Source: Lytechinus pictus (Eukaryota). Taken from it: a stretch of DNA of 64,000 nt. The notes under the pieces are model-generated. The model was not told where the DNA came from. It saw nothing but the letters and a program-made list of their open reading frames with translations, and searched no databases. Every line of letters begins with the position of its first letter. Within the stretch, counting starts at the first letter, position 1. Made by a program: the position numbers and the translations under genes. Of the stretch, positions 1-11,857 are shown piece by piece. The DNA lies in contig NC_087252.1 of assembly GCF_037042905.1 (NCBI RefSeq), forward strand, positions 3,226,001 through 3,290,000, read 5' to 3'.

Positions 1-300
1 TCTAGCAATGACGGGACAAAAATTAGCAATCTGACCGAGCATAAGATCAAGGAGGTTCGCTTTTTGTTGAGCAGTGTTGCGTAGCTCTGAAGGAAGAGAG
101 GGATTGTCATCTATGAAACCCCTTGTGGGGTTAGCTTTTGTTTTCTTACCCCATGTTACCGACTCAGAAAGGAAGAATGTAAAGTTAGGGTCAATATTCA
201 AGGTGTACAAAAGATTATGTCTCCATCCTTCAAAGGATGTAATTGATTCGAATTTACCCAAGCATCATTGCTTTGGTACTTTCGGCATACTGCACGCCAT
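1..300 (-). pseudogene. N-terminus of Ty3/Gypsy LTR-retrotransposon Gag, runs off the window edge; one in-frame TGA at 265-267
   Basis: Manual translation from ATG 300: MACSMPKVPKQ*CLGKFESITSFEGWRHNLLYTLNIDPNFTFFLSESVTWGKKTKANPTRGFIDDNPSLPSELRNTAQQKANLLDLMLGQIANFCPVIAR. This matches, from memory, the invertebrate Gypsy gag pattern PKQWCL...ITSFExWRxNL...LMLGQIANxCPVI. Absent from the ORF track. Confidence 0.75.
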
Positions 301-762
301 TGTAAGGCTGTGGGACCAACACTAATTACGGCTAGATCTAACCAACTACTCGTTCACGGTAAACTTACATTTACGGTGCAACCGGCAAAGTCCAGCAAAG
401 TCTCAGCAAAGTCCTTCAAATGTGGCCTAAGAAAAACATTCAGGCGTGAGTAAATCCCAATAGCGGCCACCACGACAATAAATTAGGACACGGAAGCAAC
501 TTTGTAGTTAGGATCAATATTGAATTAACCGTAATCAAATCAAGGAGGGCGCTATTTCCACTCTTTCTTGTAAGTTACGACTTCATGAAGCTCTGGAAAT
601 ATCTCTCTACATCGACAAAATCAAAGGATTATTTGGAATATAAATTACTTGGACTTGAACAATATAGACAAAGGCAGCAGGGATCTGTTGTTTGGACGAA
701 AATTTGACTGGATTCTGTCAGATTTTGGATATAGTTTATGATACGACTTTGCAATTTTGAAA

Positions 763-1985
763 ATGGCGGCTTATAACACGGAAGCCAATGACAGGCAATC
801 ATACGCAGCTGCAACAGGGATCAAAGACAAACACACCATTACTGGTAAGCCAGTTTTCTTTAAACGTCGGGATGTACCCCATGTTATGGAAAAGGACTTG
901 GAAAGTCAAGAAGTAAACAAGGCCCTACTAAAGTCTGTACCTACATCTCATATCATGGGCATACAGAAAGTTGGTGGGCTATGGAGGTTATACATTACAC
1001 ATCAGGACTATAGAATTGCACTGATAGCAAACGGTTTGAACATTCGTAATGCATGCGTAGCAGTGTATGATTCTAACCCATTTCTAGCGGGTGGAAATGA
1101 GAACCTTCTTAGACTAACTGTGAAAGACATTCCTTTGTAGACAACTCAGTGATTGTAGATGAACTTGAGAAACGAAAATACAAGGTGTCGGGAAAGGTTA
1201 CGTTCCCAAAGTTGAGGGTAAATGGCCAACTAACAAACTGCCTAATGGGCGACAGAGTCATCTATATAGAAAAACCAGCACAACCTGTTCCGATAATCTT
1301 GTCTTTCGGAAATTTTCGTGGAAAAGTCTTACATGCAAACCAAGTCATCAAAGATCAAATCACATGTTCAAACTGTCTTAAGAAGGGACATCATCGTTCA
1401 ACATGCACAAACCAGATAGGTCGGCTGTGCAAGAGGGAAGGGCACTTACAACGAGATTGTCCGAGCCCCGGATTAACAAGCGAAGAAGGCCGAGAGGAGC
1501 TGATCGGTAAGCAAGGAGCCTTGGATATTCGGGAGCGAAGTCAGAACGACAAAAGGGAGCCGATGCGAGCCGTCGTCAAGACAACCAGCCACATAGCTTA
1601 CATCCAGGCTGGAGTTGAGCTGCCGAAACGGACCTTTACCAAGACAACGAGACGAACAGCTGACAACTAAGAGGCTACCGAATTGCAGACCCTTTCACAA
1701 GATGAAACGTCGGGCAACACACAGTCAAAGATTACGCAATTTATTCGTAGCGAGCGTCTCAAACAAGCAGACCGGGATCGAGTTCACACATAAACCAGCG
1801 CTGACGAATCGAGTGATGGTGATAGTCTAGAAATCGAGACGGATGATTGTCCAGAATCGGAAGTATCAATAGAGTCACTCGAGTTGCCGAAGACCAGATC
1901 TCAACTCGCAGCGAAGAAACCAGCTAAGAAAAGGAGAAGAAATCAAAGAAAAAGTGAGGAAAAATCTTATTGGTGTCTCACCGTA
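763..1985 (+). pseudogene. Tx1 ORF1 (CCHC zinc-knuckle nucleic-acid-binding protein), disrupted
   Basis: MAAY...SYAAA start, LTVKDIPL, knuckles CSNCLKKGHHRSTC and (C)RLCKREGHLQRDC, stop at 1138 and a frameshift, basic C-terminus. Confidence 0.85.
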
Positions 1986-2806
1986 ATTTTCTTACATCAT
2001 GTCAACGTGTCATCTTTTGAGCGTTAATGTGAGGGGATTGCGCAACAAAACCAAGCGGAACATCTTCTTCAAATGGTGTCAAAACCAAAAAGCTGAACTC
2101 ATTTAGCCCAAGAAATGTGTTGGTCGACGCTGATCGAACCAGTCATTAATAGTGAATGGAAAGGCAAAGTTTTTTTATTCTCATGGAAGCAATCGTGCAA
2201 GAGGTGTCGCAGTTATAGCAAATGAAAATATAAATATCAACATGACTAAAGACAGTAGCTGTGTAGATAACACTGGAAGACTATTAGTGATAAAATTAAC
2301 GTAGAACTCTGCTAATTATTGTCTGATTAATTTGTACGCCCCAACAGAGAAAAAGAACAAATATTCATTTTTTAGGAAACTATGAAAAACAATCGATCAT
2401 ATCCAAAAAGAAGACAAAGATTGTTATCTAATTATTGGAGGCGACTGGAATTCTATATTAGACCCAGGTAAAGATACAAAAGGGTCAAAAAGCTTTTACT
2501 ATAAAACTCCACACAATCTTAAAACTTTGCTGAAAAATTAAGTGTTTGCAAATGTCTGGAGAAAATTTAACAAAGATGTAAAACAATTCACTCGGAGAAA
2601 TATGAATATGGATATTGCATCCAGATTAGACTATTGGATAATAAGTAAGGACATGTTGGGGAAAGTTGTCTCTACAGACATTAGACCCGTTATTAAGGGA
2701 TATCATAATGCAATTTCTTTGAAATTAAGATTGAGCGATATAATTAAAGGTCCAGGATATTGGAAACTAAATACTTCCTACCTTAGTGACAATAACTTTA
2801 AGACAG

Positions 2807-2992
2807 TGTCATGTACCTGTGCGATTCTTGTCAGCGCATGGGGGCGCCTTCGCGTAATAAAATAAGTGTCAAGGTAATTTTATGAATTATTGTCTCTATT
2901 TCCGTTCTTTTCTGTTTTATATTGTTGATGGAGTTGTTGTGATAGTCATACCAGGAAGGGTATTTTCTAAAGCTTGCCTCCCTGATATGACA
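2807..2992 (+). repeat. 5' LTR of Gmr1-like element
   Basis: Direct repeat of 7442-7627, TG...CA ends. Confidence 0.95.
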
Positions 2993-2994
2993 TA

Positions 2995-3037
2995 TGGGGG
3001 CCTGTCCGGGAGTCGAACCCGGGACCTCTCGCACCCC
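2995..3037 (+). other. Primer-binding site extended to the complement of the tRNA-Pro 3' half
   Basis: TGGGGGCCTGTCCGGGAGTCGAACCCGGGACCTCTCGCACCC is the reverse complement of a tRNA-Pro-type sequence from the CCA end through the T arm to the anticodon loop. Confidence 0.85.
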
Positions 3038-4537
3038 CAGCCAAATCATTGCCAAGCAGCATTGTGATCCCCTTCATAGGCAATCGAGAAACAATGCCAA
3101 CTGTCACTCGCCCAGAAACCAGCCCACTACAAAGTTCTACATCATATAGAGGAACAGATTTGAAACTCTCATTCACATCTTGGATCAGAACTCTCATGCC
3201 TGTGAAACAGCAAGATTCCAAGGATGACTCATCAGCAATTAATAATGTCTGAACAGAGCCAGTATCTCTCAAAATCACAACAGGAAATTCTTCTCCATCA
3301 ACAGTGAACTTCACCGTGCCATCAGAAATAAATTCCTTGTATCCTTCATCCACCCCATCACGAAACTTCTGCTTTACCCCATCACCACACACAGGGTCTC
3401 CTACACAAACCGTAGCCGGCCGAACAAAACCGCTGGCCTGGACTTTATTCTGACCAGTATTCTTGTCCTTTAGTTTCTGACAGTGAGAAATAAGGTGTCC
3501 ATCCTTCTAACAGTATGCACAAAACAACCTGCCCTCTGGTTTAACACCATTAGCTTGGCAACCACCACTCAACTTACTCTTCGGTGACTTTGACCTCTCT
3601 ACTTCCTTATGTAACGTCTCGAACCTACTCCAACCAAAACCACTCGCTAACGGACTAGGAGGTTGGAGCTGCGATGCGCTACCTCTATGTGACAACTCAT
3701 ACCCATCTGCCAACATTGCAGCATTTCTGACACTAACAACAGCATGATCATTCATGTATGTTTTAACATCACGGGACATGCATCTTGTGAATTCATCAAT
3801 CAAAATAACCTCACGCAGTGATTCATATGTCGTCTCAATTCTCAGAGACCGGATCCATCTATCAAATGCGACCTCTTTGCGACGTGCAAACTCAACACAA
3901 GTCTCTGCGGGATCCCTCTTGAGATCACGAAACATCTGACGGTATGCCTCTGGGACTAGCTCAAACGCCTGAAGGATGGCATCTTTCATTTTCCAATAGT
4001 CAAAAGCATGATCATAGCTCAATGCAGACACGACAGACTGTGCCTTGCCTCAAACAAAAGAAAGAGCGAGTCTAAATCAGTCTCATCATACCTTGGAATA
4101 AGCTTTACCCTGGCAGAGAACCCAGCTTCCATTGACCTTTTCTCTCTCTCACCCAACTGACCACTCTGAGACACCATTTCACTATGCCGCATCATCTCAA
4201 ACTCCAGTCGCTTTCTTTCCATTTCCCTCTCATGCTCAGCAGCTCTCAGCCTATCTCTTCTTTCTTCGAGTTCAATACGGGCCAGTGCAAGCCGTACCTC
4301 ATCACCGTCAAGTTTAGTTCTGTCATCACAATCATTATCAGAATCACCACTCACACTTTCAGGTATCAATTCCGCACGGGCCGCAATAGCAGAAAATAGC
4401 TCTGCCTTAGTCTTCAAACCCGAAAGATCTAGCGACATTTTCTGTCCAACCGCTATCAGATCATCTTTACGCAGCTGACGCAAGCCAACGAGTGTAAGGT
4501 CTGCCTCCAAAAACGCATCTACATTAAACTGTTCCAT
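3037..4537 (-). pseudogene. Inverted gag-protease of the Gmr1-like element
   Basis: ORFs 4019-4537, 3507-4031 and 2967-3392: SCAN-like capsid segment (ELVPEAYRQMFR...EEF-like...AAMLADGY), zinc knuckle (CAYC..GH..SHC), aspartic protease LRDTGS...LLGNDLAGG. Antisense to the LTR/PBS/pol orientation. Confidence 0.9.
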
Positions 4538-5199
4538 ATTTCTCTATCCAGTAAATCGACAGAAAAAAAGAATAAAAAGAAAGAAACAAGTATTTAGGAG
4601 ATCTAACAGTACACTGTCTAAAAAAAAATCATTAAAATGTTATGCGCCCATGCCACGGCCCAGGCTATGTCACACGTGTTTCAGTTTCGAAACCATAAGT
4701 TTAGGCCTAATGTCAAAATGGTATGACCCAGTCTAACATTAAAGAGACAAAACAGAAGTCACATCAAAAACTCCTCTAACTCTAAGGCTCTAGAATGGCA
4801 TAGGACCTAGATTGACTAAAGAATCAAGGATAGGTCTAAATCACCGAAGTAGACAACGTTACGAAATGAAGTCTGTTCTTGCCGGCCAAACTCATCCAGG
4901 CAATGAACAGAGCAGAATCGCGACGAAAAAATGTCCTGGAAAGTGCAGAAAAATGCACAGTAAAAATATTAAATAGCACCAGCCAACGACTAAAGTACAA
5001 GCTATTTAATAAATAGACCTAAATCCTGAAATCGAGATCACAAAGAACGTACAAAACTCAGAAGTAGCCGAGACTAGTAGGCAAATGCCAAAGCAGAGAG
5101 AAAACCCCGACATCAAATTAGATACGTGGGACAATCACGTAAACCAAAGCGAGATCGGACACAACCCGAGCAAGAAAAATGGCTTGTAGAATTATATTT

Positions 5200-5703
5200 C
5201 TAGTCTTCAAACCCGAAAGATCTAGCGACATTTTCTGTCCAACCGATATCAGATCATCTTTACGCAGCTGACGCAAGCCAACGAGTGTAAGGTCTGCCTC
5301 CAAAAACGCATCTACATTAAACTGTGCCATATTTCTCTATCCAGTAAATCGACAGAAAAAAAGAATACAAAGAAAGAACGAGTCTAAATCAGTCTCACCA
5401 TATCTTTGAATAAGCTTTACCCTGGCAGAGAACCCATCTTCCATTGACCTTTTCTCTCTCTCACCCAACTGCCCACTCTGAGACACCATTTCACTATGCC
5501 GCATCATCTTAAACTCCAGTCGCTTTCTTTCCATTTCCCTCTCATGCTCAGCAGCTCTCAGCCTATCTCTTCTTTCTTCGAGTTCAATACGGGCCAGTGC
5601 AAGCCGTACCTCATCACCGTCAAGTTAAGTTCTGTCATCACAATCATTATCAGAATCACCACTCACACTTTCAGGTATCAATTCCGCACGGGCCGCAATA
5701 GCA
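5200..5703 (-). repeat. Two internal partial duplications of the inverted gag 5' region
   Basis: About 5200-5365 repeats about 4409-4575, and about 5370-5703 repeats about 4060-4393 (paralogous ORFs 5118-5330 and 5337-5534). Confidence 0.85.
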
Positions 5704-6639
5704 AAACATATCTCTGCATTTGTGACCCCACAGGGGTTATTCCAGTGTCGGGTAATGCCATTTGGCATGAGGAATGCTCCAGCGACATTTCAACGGCTCA
5801 TGAATTGTGTAATTGCCGGACTTGACAATGTTGTAGTATATCTTGATGATATTCTAGTAGTTAGTGATACCTGGTCAGATCATCTAACTTGCTTGAGAGA
5901 CGTGTTTGTCAGATTGACCAAGGCAGGACTTGTTGTGAATTTGTCATAGTGTGAGTTTGCGCAGGCGACAGTAACTTACTTGGGTCATGTAGTAGGGCAT
6001 GGACGCGTTGCCCCACGAGAGGCAAAGGTCCAAGCTATTGTGGATTTCCCTGCCCCTTCCACAAAGAGGGAGGTGATGAGGTTTCTGGGCATGTGTGGGT
6101 TTTACCGCAAGTTTGTTCCGAATTTCAGTGACATTTTTGCTCCTCTTACAGATCTTCTCAAGAAGGGGACCAAGTTTGATTGGACCAAACCATGTGAGAT
6201 TGCCTTTCAGAAATTGAAAGCTGTTCTGATCTCAAAGCCTGTGTTGCAGGCTCCTAACTTTGAGCATCCGTTCCTACTGGTCACTGATGCAAGTGAGGTA
6301 GGAGTTGGTGCAGTTCTCCTTCAGTTGGATGAAGAGGGTTTCATGAAACCCGTGAGCTACTTTTCGAAGAAGCTTGATGTACACCAGTAAAGATACTCTA
6401 CGGTAGAGAAAGAGTGCCTAGGTCTGGTGCTGGCAGTTCAACACTTTGACGTGTATTTGAGTAGCTGCCCTGATGTGACCGTTTTCACGGATCACAATCC
6501 ACTAACCTTCCTCGAAAGGTTTAGGAACAAGAACCAGAGATTGTTCCGTTGGAGTCTGTTTCTTCAGCCTTATGGGCTGAACGTGACTCATATCAAGGGA
6601 AGTGACAATGTTATTGCGGATGCACTTTCTAGAGTTTAG
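5704..6639 (+). pseudogene. RT (3' part) and RNase H of the Gmr1-like element
   Basis: VMPFGMRNAPATFQRLMN, VYLDDILV, TDASEVGVGAVL, FTDHNPL, NVIADALSRV*; in-frame stops near 5949 and 6390. Confidence 0.92.
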
Positions 6640-7441
6640 GCAAATCTAACAGTCAATTGCCGAATAACCTCATTAGAAACAACAAACAAAACAATAATAA
6701 AAAAAACAACAACAACAACAAAACAAACAAAACCGGAAAGCTGCAAACCGTTTGTTAACTGGTATTCACATAAAAAAATAAAAAAATAAATACCAACAAT
6801 AATAATATAAACAGAAAATGTGATTTTCTTTTTACTCCAAAATCCAGGTGGTCAAGCAATGTTTCGAAATGAATGTCTATAACAATTTATTAACAACTAT
6901 CTTACTTTTAGTGACAAAATCGTTTTATCAATTACGTGGAACAATTTATTATGTTCTAACATGTCTATATATTCTAACTCTTACTCTCTTCATTTATTTT
7001 ATTTTTTCTCTCTTTTCATGTTCTGCATTTGTAAAATTGAAGCTGGATCAAAGTTCTTGCATTTAAGGGCTTAATTTCATTTGTTATGATTAAATAGCTC
7101 ATGTTGCTATAGAAAGGTTTTATATAAATGTATATAAGAGACAAAAAAGTCTTACATAGTTTTGAGTCACCTTGTTGTATTGGCATATGTTTTTTTTTCA
7201 TGTGATATTGGAATTTCTAAGGTAAAAAAAAAAAAAGCTTGTTATTGACTGAAGTTTTCTGCATCTCTTCTTGAAAAGGTTTTATGATGCTACGTCTTGA
7301 ATATACACTTGAATGGATTTTTTTGTTTGCTTTCATATTCCTCGTTCTTCTGAGTGTTATAATGTTATGTTATTTCAACATGCTCCTTTAAATGAAAGAA
7401 AGTTAAATTGCTATAACTTTCTTCTTCTAAGGGGGGAGGTA

Positions 7442-7627
7442 TGTCATGTACCTGTGCGATTCTTGTCAGCGCATGGGGGCGCCTTCGCGTAATAAAAGAA
7501 GTGTCAAGGTAATTTTATGAATTATTGTCTCTATTTCCGTTCTTTTCTGTTTTATATTGTTGATGGAGTTGTTGTGATAGTCATACCAGGAAGGGTATTT
7601 TCTAAAGCTTCCCTCCCTGATATGACA
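7442..7627 (+). repeat. 3' LTR of Gmr1-like element
   Basis: Direct repeat of 2807-2992, preceded by the PPT. Confidence 0.95.
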
Positions 7628-10600
7628 ACATGAATTAGAAATGTTATATCAAAATGTCTCAGTGATAATGAAAATACCTCTATGATGAAACTAAAGATTC
7701 TGAAGATTAAATATAGAGAATTTGCTCAGAAATTCAGCAAACGAAAAAGGAAAACAAACGTGAAAAAGAACTTTTGGAAATTGAGTTAGCCAAATGTGAA
7801 TGTGATTAATGATATATCAAAAGAAAAATACCTTCAAGTTAAAGAAAAGTTAGAGAAATTATACATAAATGAATGTAAAGGGGCCACAGTAAGGTCACGG
7901 ATCAGATGGACGGAAGAAGGGAAAAAAACACAAACTATTTTTTATCCCTTGATAAAAAAATTTGGAAAATAAGCTTTTTACTCAACTAAGAATGAATAGG
8001 AAGAGACATGTAGTTACTAAGCAACAACATGTCTTAAGAGAAGTTAAACTGTATTATGAAGATCTGTATAAGAGAAATCATATTAATCTAGATCATATGA
8101 ATGAATATGTGTTCTCACAAGATGTGAAAAGGCTTAGTCAAGATGAAATAAATAAATGTGAAGGCTTAATGAATATGGCAGAATGCAAAAAGGCTGTTTT
8201 CTCTATGAAGAGGAATAAAGCGCCAGGTATGGACGGCCTGCCTATCGAATTTTATCAAGTTTTCAGGGAAGAAATAGGCGAGTTGTTAATTAATGCATTC
8301 AATGCATTTTTCAGTAATGGACAGATGTCGCCTTTACAACGAAAAGGTCTCATAACTTTGATTTATAAAAAAGGAAACAGTGACGATTTAACACTGTTCA
8401 ATTGCGACTATAAAATAATTGCAACAGGTCTAGCATTAAGATTACAAAAGATTTTAACGAGTATTATTATGGAAACACAAGTAAGGTATATTAAAGGACG
8501 ATTAGGAGGTTTCAATGAAAGAATTGTTAAAGATATGATAGATTACATCCATGAAAATAATGGTTGATTTCACCAAAGCATTTGATTGTATTGATATATC
8601 TTTTATAATGAAATGCTTAGAAATATTGAATTTTGGCAATGAATTTTGCAATTGGATCTGTGTCCTTTACAATCAAATAGTAAGTTCAGTAATTGTAAAT
8701 GGCAGGATAACAGAATAGTTTCAAGTGCAAAGAGGAATACGGCAAGGCTGTCCTATTTTGGCACTCCTGTTTGTGATTGCAGCTGAATTCTTTGCAAACA
8801 AAATACGTAAAAATGATACTATAAGAGGTGTTTGTTTTGATGAAACCAATGGTCACTTTGAGTTAAAGGTATTACAGTATGCAGATAATACTACCTTTTT
8901 TGTTGGAGACGATATCTCATTAGAAATTATTTTAACTGAATTAGAAGATTTTGGTAGTGTAGCCGGTCCTAAAATTAACAAAGAAAAAACTGCACTCTTA
9001 TGGATAGGTAAGAAAAAAAAAATCGATGGGTGATACAATACCTTGACCTGACATGGGCAGAAAACCCGGTAAAATATTTGGGCTTTTTTAATCTCTAATA
9101 ATGAGCAAATTGCTAACAGTGCAAATTGGGAAAATAAGTTAGAGAAAATGCAACGTCTCCTAGATAATTGGCGTAAAAGAAATTGACATTATATGGTAGA
9201 GTGACGATTGTGAAATGCCTGGCACTAAGCCAATTAGTTCATTTGCTTATGTTTAATTCAGTTCCATCAATAATTATTAAGAAAGTAAATAGAATATTTT
9301 TCAAATTTCTTTGGAACTCACGAATGGAAAAGGTTAGAAGATGTGATTTTATCAAAGATTACACACAAGGTAGTTTGAAAATGGTTGATATAGAAAAGAA
9401 AGTAGTCAGTTTCAGATTAAGGTGGTTATGAAGGTTAACAAATGAGGTAAATTATATGTGGAAAACACTTGGAAATTATTGGTTTGAGCGTTTTGGAACT
9501 CGTAATCTAATCTTGAATAGCGACTTTCGGGTTCACAACGTTACCCCATTGTTTTATAAGAAAATACCTCCATTTTATGTTGAAATAATTCGATCTTGGA
9601 GTCTGATTGATAACGAAATGTTATTCAGAAAAGAACATTAGCTTGAAAATATGTTATGGTTTAATCATTATATTGTTTTTAATAAATCACCACTATTTTT
9701 CAAGGAATGGTACAATAGCGGAATAATATACTTAGAAGACATTTTGAATGTTGATGGAGGCTTTAAAGATGTATCCGAAATTTTATCGATGTTGAAATTT
9801 AATAATAGTAAAAGGTCTGTCATATTTCATTATTCAAAATTGAGGCAAGCTTTACCAAAAATTTGGCTTTCAAAATCTTTTATTAGGAACCTACAAAGAT
9901 CTGCGCATCTTGATATACCGAAACTAAAAATAGGTAACTCAGTAAAATGTCTGGACCACGTACCTTAAAGATACTTTTACAATTATATTATACGTCTTGA
10001 AGGGTCAAATTCACGTTGTTGTTTCTTTTGGGAAAATATTTCGAAAATGAGTATAGGCTGGAATATTTGTTTCGGGAGAAAACTTGTTAACAGTAAAAGA
10101 AAATAAACTTAGATCATTTAATTTAAAAATACTGTATAATATATTGCCTGTGAAAAGAAATTTATGTAAATGGCATATAAGTGAAGATGCTTATTGTAAT
10201 AGTTGCCATGTAGAAGAAGACATAACACATGCTTTGATCACTTGTAAATTGAATCAAACGTTTTGGTCATATATAATTTGGTTGATTAAACAATGTCGAT
10301 CTTTTGATAAAAAATAACGAGCACAGAGAACTAGATGATATCATTAATATAGCTTTTTGGACTGTGTATAAATCAATTTTGCTACGTAATTACAGGAAAG
10401 TAGACAATAGACCATCAAATAAAACGTTTTTATTTAAATAAGAATTGCGTAGGAGACTAGAAATGAAAACTGTACTGGTAAATCTCTGTATCGTCTTCCG
10501 TATGTATTATTTGATTATGTTTAATGTATTTTGATGTAAATGTGAAATGTATATACAGATGATTAAGTAAATGCTATTGAAAGAAAAAAAAAACACGGAA

Positions 10601-10765
10601 TCAAGTCTAGAGTCGGACAAACGTGTTTCCGTATAACTGACGCAGATGGCGCTAGTCATGGCGGCTTGTCATTGTTCAAAACCCACCTTCACCCGACAAA
10701 GGAAATTCTAATTTTATAGTGTAGAAAATCTGACGGTCAATCGGGGTCGCCCTATCCACTAACCC

Positions 10766-10837
10766 GTCTCTGTGGTCTAGTGGTTAAGGCACCGGCGTTC
10801 AAAGCTGGGGGCACGGGTTCGATCCCCGGCAGAGATA
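10766..10837 (+). tRNA. tRNA-like gene with UCA anticodon (opal-suppressor-like or pseudo-tRNA), short variable arm
   Basis: Cloverleaf GTCTCTG TG GTCT AGTGGTTA AGGC A CCGGC GTTCAAA GCTGG GGGC ACGGG TTCGATC CCCGG CAGAGAT A, with A and B boxes and a T6 terminator at 10838-10843. Anomalies: G32 and an A49:G65 mismatch. Confidence 0.65.
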
Positions 10838-10843
10838 TTTTTT

Positions 10844-11255
10844 CGGCATCACCACTTGGTCTGATAGCCACTTGGTCTAATACCCAATTGGTCTAATGAC
10901 CACTTAGTCTAATAACCACTTGGTCTAATGCCCAGTTGGGCTAATCGTCATTTGGTCTAATTGCCATTTCGTCTAATGTATTTTATTGCCACTTGTTCTA
11001 GTTGCATTTGGTCTAATATTAGTTCGTCTAATAGTCGGATGGTCTAATACTAGTTGGGCTAATACCAGTTGGTCTAATCCTCACTTGGTCCATTATTCAT
11101 GTGGTCTATATTGCAGTTGGTTTAATCCTCACTTGGTCCATTATACAGTTGGTCTAATGTGCAGTTGGTCTAATTTCCATCTCGGTCAATCTCCACTTGG
11201 TCTAATTTCCAGATAGTTTAACATTCATTTCGTCTACATGCATTTTGGTCTAATT
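10844..11255 (+). repeat. About 20-bp TTGGTCTAA-core tandem array (left subterminal array of a foldback-type DNA element)
   Basis: Repeated cacttggtctaat units; inverted counterpart at 12905-13450; no TSD found. Confidence 0.75.
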
Positions 11256-11619
11256 TGTAAAGTCTGCATGGTGTTTTGTTTTCAATTTTCTGGTGAAATT
11301 TTTAAAGTAACTTTCCGCGCGCTGGCTTCGAATCTTCACACGCACGCCCCTCGATATTGGACTACAGTTACAGTGACGTATATTTCGTCCCCCAACTGAA
11401 TTTTGAAAATATGGGGATTTTCGAAAGCCTGTGGGGACGAAAAAAATATGGGGATTAAACAAACTTTGGGGATTTTTTAAGGTTTTGATGAAAAACAATA
11501 AAATTAGCTATTTTTCTGTAAAATAACGCTAATATAGAGTTGGAAAAAAATATGATATTTATCTATCAACCTCTATGTATACGATCTATTGTAGATAGTT
11601 AACGCTTGCTTAACCCAAT

Positions 11620-11826
11620 CATGGTTCCCAACTTTTCAAGAAAACAAAAATCCATGATTTTTCTCTGATGAAGTTAAAAAATTCCCGAATTATTTAAACC
11701 CATTCCCAGTTTCTCATGTTTTTTAAGTTGTTGCAGTGAAGTACATGTATTATCATTTTTTTTTGGATATGCATGTATAATGTACCACTAGGCCTATACT
11801 TGTATTGTTGTAAAAGAGGCTACACT

Positions 11827-11857
<31 letters not shown>

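Larger units (their letters stand above)
2807..7627 (+). mobile_element. Gmr1-like Ty3/Gypsy LTR retrotransposon, internally rearranged (gag-pro inverted, integrase missing)
   Basis: 186-bp LTRs TGTCA...TGACA with 2 differences seen; flanks ACAG/ACAT (4-bp TSD with one mismatch); tRNA-Pro PBS; PPT AAGGGGGGAGG at 7429-7439. Pol ends at RNase H (IADALSRV*), as expected for the Gmr1 PR-INT-RT-RH order. Confidence 0.9.
1999..10500 (+). pseudogene. Tx1 ORF2 (APE endonuclease-RT), multiple stops/frameshifts, split by the insertion at 2807-7627
   Basis: MSTCHLLSVNVRGLRN, LINLYAP, GGDWN, SRLDYW, GPGYWKLN, KAPGMDGLPIEFY, RGIRQGCP, LQYADNT, CNSCHVEEDITHALITC. Confidence 0.9.
560..10593 (+). mobile_element. 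Tx1-clade (L1-like) non-LTR retrotransposon, near full length, decayed, interrupted by a Gypsy element
   Basis: ORF1 with zinc knuckles; ORF2 with APE endonuclease, RT and C-terminal Cys/His motif; A-rich tail at 10580-10593. The 5' boundary is uncertain (about 496-620). Confidence 0.9.

Noticed and set aside
488..495. ACACGGAA as a simple Tx1 TSD
   Set aside because: Similarity continues about 60 bp beyond it on both sides, so it may be part of a repeated module; the Tx1 5' end is left unresolved.
2967..3040. Protease ORF C-terminal extension ARGPGFDSRTGP
   Set aside because: Read-through into tRNA-derived sequence and the LTR at the inversion junction, not protein.
10766..10837. Selenocysteine tRNA
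   Set aside because: Only 72 nt with a 4-nt variable loop and a 7-bp acceptor stem; tRNA-Sec needs a long variable arm and an extended acceptor/T stem.
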